In this document: in pieces, positions 1 to 10,487 of the stretch
Layout: the number at the start of each line of letters is the position of its first letter
How positions within the stretch are numbered: the stretch's first letter is position 1
DNA from: Spirochaetia bacterium
Lineage (GTDB): Bacteria; Spirochaetota; Spirochaetia; DSM-2461
DNA length: 64,000 nt
Assembly: GCA_963666985.2 (NCBI GenBank)
Contig: CAXXIA010000002.1
Span: 352,001 to 416,000 of the forward strand
Direction: 5' to 3'
Program-made: the position numbers and the translations under genes
Notes under the pieces: model-generated
Database searches by the model: none
What the model was told of the DNA's origin: nothing
The model's input: only the letters and a program-made list of their open reading frames with translations

Positions 1-1956
1 TCTCAATCCACCGGCGGTGCATCAAAACCTGCCGCAAGCAATACGTCTGCATCCACAGGCGCCACTCAATCTTCCTCCGTCCCCGCGTCCGACCGGGAAG
101 CCGAACTCATGGCCGTCCTTCACGCCGTTATCCGCGACCACCGGCTCACCAACGCCGTCCGCCACGAATTCGCCCGTCTCACCCCGGAAGAAGCCCGCAG
201 CGCCACCTGGAACTTCCTCAAACTCGGCGATTTCACCGGCTGGTCCGCCCTGCCGCAGTCCGCTCCCTTGCGAAACTCTCTGCAAAGCTGGGATGAACGC
301 GCTTCGGCCCCCGAAGATTCCGAATGGACCAAATTGAAAGCCGAATTGACAGCTCTCCAAAGCCGCTCGGCCGAAATCGTTGCCGAACGGGAATCCATCG
401 AAGCCAAAGAGAAAGAAATCCTTATCCTCAAGCAGCAAATCGCCCTGGCACCCGAAAGCCCGGATATTCCGAAGAAACAAACCGAAGTCCGCCGCCTGCG
501 CTCCGAAATCGACACATCCGACTACAGACGCTACATCACCGGCCTTTCCCGATTTTCCCAAACCTCCCGCACCCGCCGGGACTTTGAAAAATCCATCGTC
601 CGTCTCTCCTCCGAGCAGCAGGAAGCCCTCGCCGGATTCACCGCCGAGGAGGACATGCTCATCACCGGCGGTGCGGGAACCGGAAAAACCCTCGTACTCC
701 TGGAAGCCCTGAAACGGACCCTTTCCGAAGACTCTCTTGAATCTCCGGCCGGCGGCCCGGCGCCGCACGATGCCGAAAAGGGGAAAACAACCCTCATCAC
801 CTTCACCAAAACCCTGGTAAAATACGACCGCTACCTTGCCTCCCTTATGGCTCCCGCCGACATCGGAGACGCCGTCCTTGAGTCATCCGAAACCTTCTTC
901 TGGAAAAAACTCATCAAAAAAGAGCCCAAACACAAGGTGGACTACAACCTTCTGCGCACACTCACCGGAGAGATGAATACCGGAGTCCTCACCGATGCCG
1001 AACTTTACATAGAAATCGAAGAATACCTTTTCGGATTGAACATCACCAAAGAAGAATACCTGGAGGCGGAAGTCCCCCGAAAAGGCCTGAAAACCCCGCT
1101 CAACCTTCGGGAACGGGAAGCCGTCTGGGCCATTCGCAAAAAAATCGAAGAGCTCATGCTCTCCCGAAACACCTATTCCAAACACTTCGCCCGCCTCCGT
1201 CTTCTCGGCTGGCTTACCCATGAAGATACCGGTCTGCGAACGCACGATCATCTTTTCGTCGACGAAAGCCAGGACATGAGCGCCGTGGAACTCATGTGCC
1301 TCAAAGAACTCTCCGGGAAGTCCCTTATCATGGCGGGCGACACCGGCCAATCCATCTACGGATTCGTCAATCCCTACCGGCGCGCGAACCTGGAACTGGA
1401 CCAAAGCCGTATCCGTCTTTTGAAAATCAATCACAGGAACACCATCCCCATCCACCGCATGGCCGAAGCCTTTCGCCGGGAAACTCTGGCACCCGGGGAA
1501 GATCCCGGCCCCGAATCCGTGCCGTTCAGAGAGGGCCCCGAACCGGAAATCCATCGCATGGAAAATCCGAACGCCCTGGCCGATCTGGTGGCCGCCAAGG
1601 CCCGGATGTACGTGGCCGACCTCGGCTACGACGCCGAATCGGTCGGCATTCTCTGTTCCCGAACCGGTCATCTTTCCATGATGGCCGAGAAACTCATCAG
1701 CGTCGGACTGGAATCGGCCGCCGTGAAACACGGTGAATTCACTTTCGACCGGCGCGGCGTTGTCCGCCTTTCAACGCTTCATTCCTCCAAAGGCCTGGAC
1801 TTCCCGGTGGTGCTGATGTACGTGCCCGAACTTCCGCCGGCCCGGGAAATCGATCCGCCGTACCAGGAGAGGCTGCACCGGAACCTGCAGTATGTGGCCA
1901 TGACGCGGGGCATGGATGTGGTGGAACGGTTTGAAAGCAAAGGAAAGGACGAATAA
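1..1956 (+). CDS. Superfamily I (UvrD-like) helicase, 5'-truncated by the window edge
   Basis: Frame is open from base 1. Walker A GGAGTGKT, Walker B FVDESQD, GDTGQSIYG, STLHSSKGLDF and YVAMTRG motifs; coiled-coil segment N-terminal to the ATPase. Confidence 0.85.
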   Translation, partial: SQSTGGASKPAASNTSASTGATQSSSVPASDREAELMAVLHAVIRDHRLTNAVRHEFARLTPEEARSATWNFLKLGDFTGWSALPQSAPLRNSLQSWDERASAPEDSEWTKLKAELTALQSRSAEIVAERESIEAKEKEILILKQQIALAPESPDIPKKQTEVRRLRSEIDTSDYRRYITGLSRFSQTSRTRRDFEKSIVRLSSEQQEALAGFTAEEDMLITGGAGTGKTLVLLEALKRTLSEDSLESPAGGPAPHDAEKGKTTLITFTKTLVKYDRYLASLMAPADIGDAVLESSETFFWKKLIKKEPKHKVDYNLLRTLTGEMNTGVLTDAELYIEIEEYLFGLNITKEEYLEAEVPRKGLKTPLNLREREAVWAIRKKIEELMLSRNTYSKHFARLRLLGWLTHEDTGLRTHDHLFVDESQDMSAVELMCLKELSGKSLIMAGDTGQSIYGFVNPYRRANLELDQSRIRLLKINHRNTIPIHRMAEAFRRETLAPGEDPGPESVPFREGPEPEIHRMENPNALADLVAAKARMYVADLGYDAESVGILCSRTGHLSMMAEKLISVGLESAAVKHGEFTFDRRGVVRLSTLHSSKGLDFPVVLMYVPELPPAREIDPPYQERLHRNLQYVAMTRGMDVVERFESKGKDE

Positions 1957-3498
1957 ATGGCTAAATCAAAAACCGTGAAGCAAGAATCCATAGAAACACA
2001 GCTCTGGAAAGCCGCCGACAAACTTCGTAAGAATATCGATGCCGCCGAGTACAAACACATCGTTCTCGGCCTCATCTTTCTCAAATACATTTCCGATGCC
2101 TTTGACGAGCTTCACTCCAAGCTCACAGCCGGCGAAGGCGATTACGACGGCGCCGATCCCGAAGACAAAGACGAATACAAAGCGGAAACAGTCTTCTTCG
2201 TCCCGCCTTCCGCCCGATGGGCCTTCCTGCGTTCTCATGCAAAACAGCCCACCATCGGTAAAACCGTTGATGAGGCCATGGACGCCATTGAACGGGAAAA
2301 CCCTTCCCTGAAAGACGTTCTTCCGAAGGTTTACGCCAAAGGGAATCTGGACCCGGCCAACCTCGGCGGCCTGATTGATTTGGTAAGCAACATTGCTCTC
2401 GGTGAAGCCAAGGAACGTTCCGCCGATGTTCTGGGACACGTTTTCGAATACTTTCTCGGTGAGTTTGCTCTGGCCGAGGGCAAGAAGGGAGGTCAGTTCT
2501 ACACACCCCGCTACGTCGTCGAACTCCTGGTGGAAATGCTGCAGCCTTTCAAAGGACGGGTTTTTGATCCCTGCTGCGGATCCGGCGGTATGTTTGTTCA
2601 GTCGGAGGCCTTTGTTGAGAACCATCAGGGCCGCGTCAACGACATTTCCATCTGGGGCCAGGAAAGCAATCAGACCACATGGCGGCTGGCCAAGATGAAC
2701 CTCGCCATCCGGGGAATCGACTCCACCGGAGTCCGATGGAACAACGAAGGCTCCTTTCTTAACGACGCGCATAAAGACCTGAAGGCCGACTTCGTTATCG
2801 CCAATCCTCCCTTCAACGATTCAGACTGGTCCGGCGACCAACTCCGCTCCGACGGACGGTGGCAATACGGCGCTCCCCCGGCGGGCAACGCCAACTATGC
2901 CTGGATTCAGCACTTCATCTACCATCTCAACCCCAAAGGATCCGCGGGATTTGTGCTCGCCAAAGGCTCGCTGACCTCCAAGACCTCCGGTGAAGGGGAT
3001 ATCCGTAAAGCACTTATCGAAGCCCGCCTGGTGGACTGCATCGTCAACCTTCCGGCCAAACTCTTCCTGAATACCCAGATTCCCGTCTGTCTCTGGTTCC
3101 TCAGCCGGGACAAAGCCAACGGCGGCTACCGGAATCGTACCGATGAGATTCTTTTCATCGATGCACGGAACGAAGGCCATCTTATCAACCGGAGAACTAA
3201 GGTTCTCTCCCGTGAAGACATCGCCAAGATTGCGGATACCTACCACAACTGGCGAAATATCGATGGCGATTACGACGATATAAAGGGATTCTGCAATTCG
3301 GCTTCCATTGACCGTGTTCGGGAACTGGACTACGTCCTCACACCGGGACGCTACGTAGGCTTGGCTGAAGAAGAGGATGATTTTGACTTTAAGGAACGGT
3401 TTACAAGCCTTAAAGCCGAATTCGAGGACCAATTAAAGGAAGAGGAGCTGTTAAACAAACTCATTCTGGAAAACCTCGGAAAGGTGAAACTGGAATGA
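1957..3498 (+). CDS. hsdM: Type I restriction-modification methyltransferase subunit M
   Basis: [10 protein letters not shown]-terminus, GQFYTP, SAM-binding FDPCCGSGG and catalytic NPPF. Confidence 0.96.
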   Translation: MAKSKTVKQESIETQLWKAADKLRKNIDAAEYKHIVLGLIFLKYISDAFDELHSKLTAGEGDYDGADPEDKDEYKAETVFFVPPSARWAFLRSHAKQPTIGKTVDEAMDAIERENPSLKDVLPKVYAKGNLDPANLGGLIDLVSNIALGEAKERSADVLGHVFEYFLGEFALAEGKKGGQFYTPRYVVELLVEMLQPFKGRVFDPCCGSGGMFVQSEAFVENHQGRVNDISIWGQESNQTTWRLAKMNLAIRGIDSTGVRWNNEGSFLNDAHKDLKADFVIANPPFNDSDWSGDQLRSDGRWQYGAPPAGNANYAWIQHFIYHLNPKGSAGFVLAKGSLTSKTSGEGDIRKALIEARLVDCIVNLPAKLFLNTQIPVCLWFLSRDKANGGYRNRTDEILFIDARNEGHLINRRTKVLSREDIAKIADTYHNWRNIDGDYDDIKGFCNSASIDRVRELDYVLTPGRYVGLAEEEDDFDFKERFTSLKAEFEDQLKEEELLNKLILENLGKVKLE

Positions 3499-4310
3499 AT
3501 CAAAAAGAGGGGTTTATAAAAAAAGATACCCTGCGTCCTGGCACCACCGCAGAGGATGGGAGAAGGAACATCAGGGTTTACATTAAACAATATCGTACAA
3601 ATCCCATTAAAAATCAAGTTTCATTCTATACGGAAATCATTTCAGCTCTATCCATGGAGAGAATGGAGTCGTATGGAGATTGCAATGGCAATCCCAAATC
3701 AGTATTAGCCCGCTATCTTCTGAATATGGCTCTTTGCGAAAGCCTTTATCAGCCGATTCAGTACTGTGAAGTAGCTCTCCGGAATTCCATCCATCAATAT
3801 CTAACAAAACTGATGGATACGGAAGAATGGTATGATTCCCCCCGTTTCAATTTAACCGATTGGGCAGAAAAGCAGATTACCGGCGCCAAGGAGAAAATTA
3901 CAAAATCCGGTAAAACGTTAACACCCGGCCGCATTGTTGCCGAACTTCATTTCGGCTTCTGGACCAGCTTTTTTGAAGCTCATTATGAACAAAAGACACT
4001 ATTTCTTCCCTCCGGTATAAAAGGGGTTTTCCCCTATCTGCCGAAATCCATGCACAACAGAAAAAAAATCAAAGGGAAACTGGATAAAATACGTCTCCTC
4101 AGAAATCGGGTATTTCACCACGAACGGATTATCCATTGGAAAGACCTGAACGAACAGCACCGGTTAATTATGGATACCATTGGCACAATCAACCCGGAAT
4201 TACTGCATCTTGCAGAACATGGAGAACGATTTAATCAAACCCAAAAAGAAGGACTCACTCCATGGCTGAAGCATCTGGATGAACACTGGATGGAGTTGAA
4301 AAACGCATGA
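3495..4310 (+). CDS. Abi-family (AbiD/AbiF-like, Abi_2) HEPN protein; true start may lie downstream of 3495
   Basis: LSxERxx[17 protein letters not shown] and [12 protein letters not shown] (R-x4-H) motifs; more AT-rich than hsdM. Confidence 0.82.
   Translation: MNQKEGFIKKDTLRPGTTAEDGRRNIRVYIKQYRTNPIKNQVSFYTEIISALSMERMESYGDCNGNPKSVLARYLLNMALCESLYQPIQYCEVALRNSIHQYLTKLMDTEEWYDSPRFNLTDWAEKQITGAKEKITKSGKTLTPGRIVAELHFGFWTSFFEAHYEQKTLFLPSGIKGVFPYLPKSMHNRKKIKGKLDKIRLLRNRVFHHERIIHWKDLNEQHRLIMDTIGTINPELLHLAEHGERFNQTQKEGLTPWLKHLDEHWMELKNA
3528..3577 (+). ncRNA. Candidate structured RNA (abiF-like element) at the 5' end of the Abi gene
   Basis: ACCCTG (3528-33) pairs with CAGGGT (3572-77); the inner CGTCCT can pair with AGGATG or AGGAAC. 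It lies in the non-conserved leader of an Abi/HEPN ORF. Confidence 0.45.
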
Positions 4311-4338
4311 ACGAACGGCTTGAAAAGGTGAAATTGGG

Positions 4339-5523
4339 ATGAATGATTTCAATGATTGTACTATTGGAGACGTATGCAAAGCCATAGTAACAGGCGGAAC
4401 ACCTAATACAAAAGTTCATGAATACTATAAAGGTGGAACTATTCCTTGGTTAAAAACCAAAGAAGTCAATTTTTGCCGTATCGACAATACAGAGAACTTT
4501 ATCACTAAAAAAGGTTTAGAAAAATCTTCTGCTAAAATTGTACCGCCAGATTCAATAATCGTTGCGATGTATGGTCAAGGAGATACAGCAGGAAGAGTCG
4601 CTCTCAATACAATACCATTAACAACCAATCAAGCGTGTTGCAATCTCATTATTGATAAAGAAATCGCAGATAGTAAATTTATTTTTTATTATCTCTGGAA
4701 TTCATATGACGAACTTGTGAGCAGAAAAACTGGCAGTGCTCAACCAAATCTCAATACGAAATTAATTCGATCATTAGAGATTTCTATCCCCCCTCTCCCC
4801 GAACAAAAAGCCATAGCCTCCGTGCTCTCCAGCCTCGACGACAAAATCGACCTCCTTCATCGCCAGACCAAAACCCTGGAATCCATGGCCGAAACCCTCT
4901 TCCGCCGGTGGTTTGTAGAAGAGGCGGATGAGAGTTGCCCAATAAGAAAACTTGGTGATTTCATAACCACCAATCAATCAAGTCTTTCCAATAAAACCGA
5001 TGTTGAATTGATTGATTACCTGGATACCGGTTCACTTACGGACGGCAAAATTGACCAGCTCCAAAGTACTAATTTTTCAGAAGCTCCTAGCCGTGCAAAA
5101 AGATTGGTCAAACATAATGACATCTTAATTTCTACAGTTCGGCCAAACCAAAGACACTATGGCATCATAAAAAATCCTTCTAGCAATCTAGTAGTGTCTA
5201 CAGGATTCTGTGTAATCACATGCAATAAAATCGATCCACATTTTGTCTATCTCTTCTTAATTCAAAATGATATGACTGAATATCTCCATTCCATCGCAGA
5301 GGGATCAACATCCACCTATCCCTCTCTGAAACCTTCAGATATCGAGACTCTAGATTTAATATTGCCGCCTCAAGATAAGATGAATGCTTTTGCGTCGATA
5401 TCATCAGATATCTGGGAAAAAATTGAGTATAACTATTCCCAGATTAATACTCTCCAATCCCTCCGCGACACCCTCCTCCCCAAACTGATGTCCGGTGAAG
5501 TTCGAGTGAAATACGATGAGTAG
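4339..5523 (+). CDS. hsdS: Type I restriction-modification specificity subunit S
   Basis: TGGTP, GSAQPNL, conserved PPLPEQKAIASVLSSLDDKI spacer and C-terminal LRDTLLPKLMSGEVRV; two TRDs. Confidence 0.95.
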   Translation: MNDFNDCTIGDVCKAIVTGGTPNTKVHEYYKGGTIPWLKTKEVNFCRIDNTENFITKKGLEKSSAKIVPPDSIIVAMYGQGDTAGRVALNTIPLTTNQACCNLIIDKEIADSKFIFYYLWNSYDELVSRKTGSAQPNLNTKLIRSLEISIPPLPEQKAIASVLSSLDDKIDLLHRQTKTLESMAETLFRRWFVEEADESCPIRKLGDFITTNQSSLSNKTDVELIDYLDTGSLTDGKIDQLQSTNFSEAPSRAKRLVKHNDILISTVRPNQRHYGIIKNPSSNLVVSTGFCVITCNKIDPHFVYLFLIQNDMTEYLHSIAEGSTSTYPSLKPSDIETLDLILPPQDKMNAFASISSDIWEKIEYNYSQINTLQSLRDTLLPKLMSGEVRVKYDE

Positions 5524-8500
5524 AATTACTGAATCCGAAGTTGAAGACTATCTCATCACTCTCCTGGAATCTCAGGGTTTCTCTTACATCTACGGTCCGC
5601 ACATCGCCCCCGATGGTGAATCTCCCGAACGGGAATCTTTTGAAAATGTTCTCCTTGTTCATCGTCTCCGCTCAGCGATTTCCCGTATCAATCCCTCCAT
5701 TCCCGTGGATGCCAGGGAAGATGCCCTGAAGCAAATTCGGCGCATCGCCTCGCCCGAACTCATCACCAACAATGAAACCTTCCATCGCCTCCTCACCGAA
5801 GGGGTAACCATCTCCATTCATCGGAACGGCCAGGAACGGGGCGAAAGAGTCCGGCTCATTGACTTCGCCAATGCCGAAGCCAACGAGTTCCTGGCGGTTA
5901 ATCAATTCACCGTTATCGAGAACCACGTCAATAAACGTCCCGATGTTATTCTGTTTATCAACGGACTTCCTTTGGTGGTTATCGAGCTGAAAAATCCGGC
6001 CGATGAGAGCGCCACGGTTCGTTCCGCGTTCAAACAGCTGCAAACGTATAAACAGGCGATTCCATCTCTCTTCACCTACAACGGCATCCTCATCATCTCC
6101 GACGGCTTGGAAGCCAGAGCCGGAACCATCTCCGCCGGCATGGACCGTTTCATGACCTGGAAAACCGCCGATGGTAAAACCGAGGCGTCATCCACCACCA
6201 GTCAGCTTGAAACTCTTACCGCCGGAATGCTCAACAAGCACACGTTGCTGGATCTTATCCGTCACTTTATCGTCTTCGAAACGGACAAGAAGGAAGATTC
6301 GGATACCGGTATCATCACCATCCACACCGTCAAGAAACTGGCGGCCTACCATCAGTACTACGCTGTGAATAAAGCGGTTGAATCAACACTCCGGGCTTCC
6401 GGTTTCCACCGGCAAAAGGTGACGTATTCCATAGCCGCTTCCTCTCCGGGAGACTATGGGCTTCCGAGTGTTTCCAAACAGCCCATCGGCGATAGGAAAG
6501 GAGGGGTGGTCTGGCATACCCAAGGGTCGGGCAAATCCCTCTCCATGGTTTTCTTCACAGGCAAGATCGTTCTCACCATGAATAACCCCACGGTCGTGAT
6601 TATTACCGATCGCAACGATCTGGACGACCAGCTCTTCGGTACCTTCGCGGCTTCCAAACAGCTCCTTCGCCAGGAACCGGTTCAGGCCGAATCCCGTTCT
6701 CAGTTGAAAGACCTCCTCAAGGTCGCCTCCGGTGGGGTCATTTTCACCACCATCCAGAAGTTCCAGCCCGAAGAAGGCAACGTTTACGAAGAACTCTCGG
6801 ACCGGGAGAACATCATCGTTCTGGCCGACGAGGCCCACCGCACCCAATACGGTTTCAAAGCAAAAACCATCGACGAGAAGGATGAAAGCGGCAGCCTTAT
6901 CGGCAAGAAAATCGTTTACGGCTTTGCCAAATACATGCGCGACGCTCTGCCCAACGCGACCTATCTCGGATTCACCGGTACTCCCGTTGAAAGCACCGAT
7001 GTCAACACTCCCGCGGTCTTCGGTCATTACATCGACGTCTACGATATTGCTCAGGCCGTGGAGGATAACGCCACGGTTCGCATCTACTACGAAAGCCGTC
7101 TGGCAAAAATCACTTTGAGCGACGAAGGCAAAAATCTGGTCTCCGACCTTGATACCGATCTGGCCGATGAGAATCTCACCGACACCCAGCAGGCCAAAGC
7201 CAAATGGACCCAGCTCGAAGCCCTCATCGGCAGTCGGGATAGAATCAAACATGTCGCCGAAGACATCATCACCCATTTCGAACAGCGTACCGAAGCTCTG
7301 GCCGGAAAAGGCATGATCGTCGCCATGTCCCGGCGCATCGCCGCCGACTTGTACAAAGAAATCGTCGCCCTCCGTCCGGAATGGCACGATGAAGATCAGA
7401 AGAAGGGCGCCGTTAAAGTCGTTATGACTTCCGCATCCTCCGACGGCCCGGAAATCGAAAAGCATCACACAACCAAAGAGCAGCGGCGGGCCCTTGCCGA
7501 CCGCATGAAAGATCCCGACGATCCCCTCAAACTGGTCATCGTCCGGGACATGTGGCTCACCGGCTTCGACGTTCCCTGTCTGCACACCCTTTACATCGAC
7601 AAACCCATGCAGGGACATAATCTCATGCAGGCCATCGCCCGGGTGAACCGGGTCTACAAGGATAAAACCGGAGGCCTTATCGTCGATTATCTCGGCATCG
7701 CTTCAGATCTCAAGAAAGCGCTCTCCTTCTATTCCGATTCCGGAGGCCAGGGTAACCCCGCCGCTACTCAGGAACAGGCCGTCACCATCCTGCTGGAAAA
7801 ACTCGAAGTCGTTTCCCAGATGTTCCACGGATTCCCCTATGAAGACTACTTCGCCGCCGATACCGGACGAAAACTCTCCCTCATCCTCGAAACGGAAGAA
7901 TACATCCTCGGCCTCGAAAACGGAAAAAAGCGCTACCTGGACCAAGTCACCGCTCTTTCAAAAGCCTTCTCCATCGCCGTTCCCCACGACCAAGCCATGG
8001 ACGTGAAAGACGAAGTCGCCTTCTTCCAGGCCGTTAAAGCCCGTTTGGTGAAATTCGATTCTACCGGTGCCGGTCACAGCGATGAAGAAATCGAAACCGC
8101 CATTAAACAAGTCATCGACCAAGCCCTTATCACCGACAAAGTCATCGATATTTTCGACGCCGCCGGAATCAAAAAACCCGATATCTCCATTCTCTCCGAA
8201 GACTTCCTCCTGGAAGTTAAAAACATGGAACACCGGAACCTCGCCCTGGAAACTCTTCGGAAACTTTTGAACGACGAGATTAAATCCCGGATGAAAACAA
8301 ACCTCGTTCAAAGCCGAACCCTCATGGAGATGCTCGAATCCTCCATTACCCGGTACCACAATAAAATCCTTACCGCAGCAGAAGTTATAGACGAACTTAT
8401 AAAACTCTCCAAAGACATCCGGCAAATGGATAAAGAACCTGAAGAGATGGGACTCTCCACTTACGAATATGCGTTCTACACTGCCGTCGCCAACAACGAC

Positions 8501-8737
8501 AGCGCCCGCGAAGTCATGGAAAAAGACAAACTTCGGGAACTCGCCGTCGTCCTTTATGAAAAGGTCAAAGAGAATGCCTCCATCGACTGGACCGTTAAAG
8601 AAAGCGTAAAAGCCAAGTTGAAGGTGATCGTAAAACGGATTCTCAGACGCTATGGCTATCCGCCTGATATGCAGAAATTGGCAACGGAAACCGTTTTAAA
8701 ACAGGCTGAAATGATCGCGGAAGAATTAACGCACTGA
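5516..8737 (+). CDS. hsdR: Type I restriction endonuclease subunit R
   Basis: RPD...IELK nuclease motif, HTQGSGKS, DEAH, FTGTP, MWLTGFD and QAIARVNR helicase motifs. Confidence 0.96.
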   Translation: MSRITESEVEDYLITLLESQGFSYIYGPHIAPDGESPERESFENVLLVHRLRSAISRINPSIPVDAREDALKQIRRIASPELITNNETFHRLLTEGVTISIHRNGQERGERVRLIDFANAEANEFLAVNQFTVIENHVNKRPDVILFINGLPLVVIELKNPADESATVRSAFKQLQTYKQAIPSLFTYNGILIISDGLEARAGTISAGMDRFMTWKTADGKTEASSTTSQLETLTAGMLNKHTLLDLIRHFIVFETDKKEDSDTGIITIHTVKKLAAYHQYYAVNKAVESTLRASGFHRQKVTYSIAASSPGDYGLPSVSKQPIGDRKGGVVWHTQGSGKSLSMVFFTGKIVLTMNNPTVVIITDRNDLDDQLFGTFAASKQLLRQEPVQAESRSQLKDLLKVASGGVIFTTIQKFQPEEGNVYEELSDRENIIVLADEAHRTQYGFKAKTIDEKDESGSLIGKKIVYGFAKYMRDALPNATYLGFTGTPVESTDVNTPAVFGHYIDVYDIAQAVEDNATVRIYYESRLAKITLSDEGKNLVSDLDTDLADENLTDTQQAKAKWTQLEALIGSRDRIKHVAEDIITHFEQRTEALAGKGMIVAMSRRIAADLYKEIVALRPEWHDEDQKKGAVKVVMTSASSDGPEIEKHHTTKEQRRALADRMKDPDDPLKLVIVRDMWLTGFDVPCLHTLYIDKPMQGHNLMQAIARVNRVYKDKTGGLIVDYLGIASDLKKALSFYSDSGGQGNPAATQEQAVTILLEKLEVVSQMFHGFPYEDYFAADTGRKLSLILETEEYILGLENGKKRYLDQVTALSKAFSIAVPHDQAMDVKDEVAFFQAVKARLVKFDSTGAGHSDEEIETAIKQVIDQALITDKVIDIFDAAGIKKPDISILSEDFLLEVKNMEHRNLALETLRKLLNDEIKSRMKTNLVQSRTLMEMLESSITRYHNKILTAAEVIDELIKLSKDIRQMDKEPEEMGLSTYEYAFYTAVANNDSAREVMEKDKLRELAVVLYEKVKENASIDWTVKESVKAKLKVIVKRILRRYGYPPDMQKLATETVLKQAEMIAEELTH

Positions 8738-8786
8738 AAAGCAGTCTTTTTATTTTATTTGCCGCAATGTTTATATATATTGAATA

Positions 8787-8843
8787 TTCCTAAAAAAGGA
8801 ACATTAAATTGATCTTTTTTCAGGAATGTATTATATTTCCGAA
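8787..8843 (+). promoter_or_regulatory. higBA promoter with palindromic operator; probably leaderless
   Basis: TTCCT-N5-AGGAA (8787-8801); TTGATC (8809-14), 17 nt, TATATT (8832-37), 6 nt, ATG at 8844. Confidence 0.6.
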
Positions 8844-9149
8844 ATGAGGATAATTGCAAAGAGAACATTAAACGAATTCTCTGCATCCCATCCTCAAGCA
8901 AAAGGTTCTCTGGACTCATGGGCCAATGAAGCGAAACACGCGGAATGGAAGACTTCTTCCGACATCAAAACAAGGTACCCTTCGGCGAGTTTTTTGAAAG
9001 AAAATCGCGTTGTTTTCAATATAAGCGGCAATAAATATCGGCTGTTATGCCGGATACAATACGAGGCCGGCATCGTCTACATCTTATTCATCGGCACTCA
9101 TGCCGAATATAACGCGATTGATGCAACAACCTATCAATATCATTCGTAG
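8844..9149 (+). CDS. higB: Type II TA toxin, HigB family
   Basis: MRIIAKRTL...W...RVVFNISGNKYRL...FIGTHAEY signature. Confidence 0.92.
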   Translation: MRIIAKRTLNEFSASHPQAKGSLDSWANEAKHAEWKTSSDIKTRYPSASFLKENRVVFNISGNKYRLLCRIQYEAGIVYILFIGTHAEYNAIDATTYQYHS

Positions 9150-10364
9150 ATGAGGAAAAACGATATGAAAATCATAAGGAATGAAAAAGATTACGATACG
9201 GCTCTCGAACGAATGGACGAAATCTTCAATGCCGAGCCGGGAACCGATGAATTCGATGAAATGGAGGTGCTGGCACTTCTTATCGAGAATTATGAAGAAG
9301 ATCATCACTCCATGGATCTTCCGGATCCCATCGAGGCTATTAAATTCCGAATGGACCAGGAGGGCTTGAAACAAGCGGACCTTATTCCACTCATTGGTTC
9401 ACGGTCAAAAGTCTCGGAAGTTCTCTCCGGTAAAACCGGATTGTCTCTGAAAATGATTCGAAATATTCACCGCCGGCTGGGTATTTCCGCCGAGGTTCTT
9501 CTCCGGGAATCGGGGGCGTCGCTTTCCGATGCCACACAAGGTTTGGAATTTGAAAAGTTCCCTGCGAAAGAAATGAAGGAAGCAGGAGCTTTCCGGTTTT
9601 TAAAGATGAAAGACCCTTCGAAAGACATTGGACAAGCTATCCGAGGTCTCATTTCCGATATCGGTTCCATGTTCAATATACCGGCTATTCAATACCGCAA
9701 GAGCGGTACATCCCGCTTGAACGAAAAACGGAATCCCTATGCCTTACTGGGTTGGAGTCTTCATGCGATGGCATTGGCTTCCCGGGAGACCGTTCCCGAA
9801 AAATTTGAAGCACCTTTAATTGATAAAACTTTTTTGAAGGGACTCACGGCATTAAGCGTCCTCGACAAAGGACCACTGAGGGCTAAAGAATTTCTCGCGA
9901 AATACGGAATCATTCTCCTCTACCTTCCACCATATAAAAAAACATACTTGGACGGTGCGGCCTTCCTTCGATCGGATGGAACCCCGGTCATTGTCGTTAC
10001 CGGCCGGTACGACAGGCTCGATAATTTTTGGTTTGTCCTTCTCCATGAGCTGGGACATGTCGTGAAGCATTTGGATCCGGAAGAGTGTCCCTCACTGACC
10101 GACGATATGACTTTACGGGGATTATCCGGGGAAGATGCCATCGAAAAGGAAGCTGATGAATTCGCGGAAGAGGCTTTAATCCCGGCGGATATTCATTTCG
10201 ACCCGCTGGATTATCTCTCAACCGCCGAAGTGAAGATTTTTGCACGACAGCATGAACTTCATCCGGCGATTCTGGCCGGACGTATTCAGTACGCGAGGAA
10301 GGATTACAAAGTCTTTCGGAATCTTCTCGGTAGTCACGAAGTCCGAAAATGCTTCGAAGAATAA
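9150..10364 (+). CDS. higA: HigA-type HTH antitoxin fused to an ImmA/IrrE-family metallopeptidase
   Basis: PDPIEAIKFRMDQ...GSRSKVSEVL HigA HTH; C-terminal RYDRLDNFWFVLLHELGH (HExxH) and EKEADEFA. Confidence 0.88.
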   Translation: MRKNDMKIIRNEKDYDTALERMDEIFNAEPGTDEFDEMEVLALLIENYEEDHHSMDLPDPIEAIKFRMDQEGLKQADLIPLIGSRSKVSEVLSGKTGLSLKMIRNIHRRLGISAEVLLRESGASLSDATQGLEFEKFPAKEMKEAGAFRFLKMKDPSKDIGQAIRGLISDIGSMFNIPAIQYRKSGTSRLNEKRNPYALLGWSLHAMALASRETVPEKFEAPLIDKTFLKGLTALSVLDKGPLRAKEFLAKYGIILLYLPPYKKTYLDGAAFLRSDGTPVIVVTGRYDRLDNFWFVLLHELGHVVKHLDPEECPSLTDDMTLRGLSGEDAIEKEADEFAEEALIPADIHFDPLDYLSTAEVKIFARQHELHPAILAGRIQYARKDYKVFRNLLGSHEVRKCFEE

Positions 10365-10487
10365 AAAAATGATTGCTTCAACAACCGAATCAATAGCGTT
10401 GAAGTACTCTCTACTCGTTCCGGAGTACCCGATGAAACTCGGATTCTCCATTTACTTCATTTAACCATTGGTATAAGACTGGCAAAA

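Noticed and set aside
4339..5523. Phase-variable hsdS shufflon
   Set aside because: Only one hsdS, with no flanking inverted repeats or recombinase in the window.
6383..7618. Long antisense ORFs (also 883-1731, 35876-36781, 39658-40620, 58996-60063)
   Set aside because: Shadow frames of well-supported GC-rich genes, with no motifs of their own.
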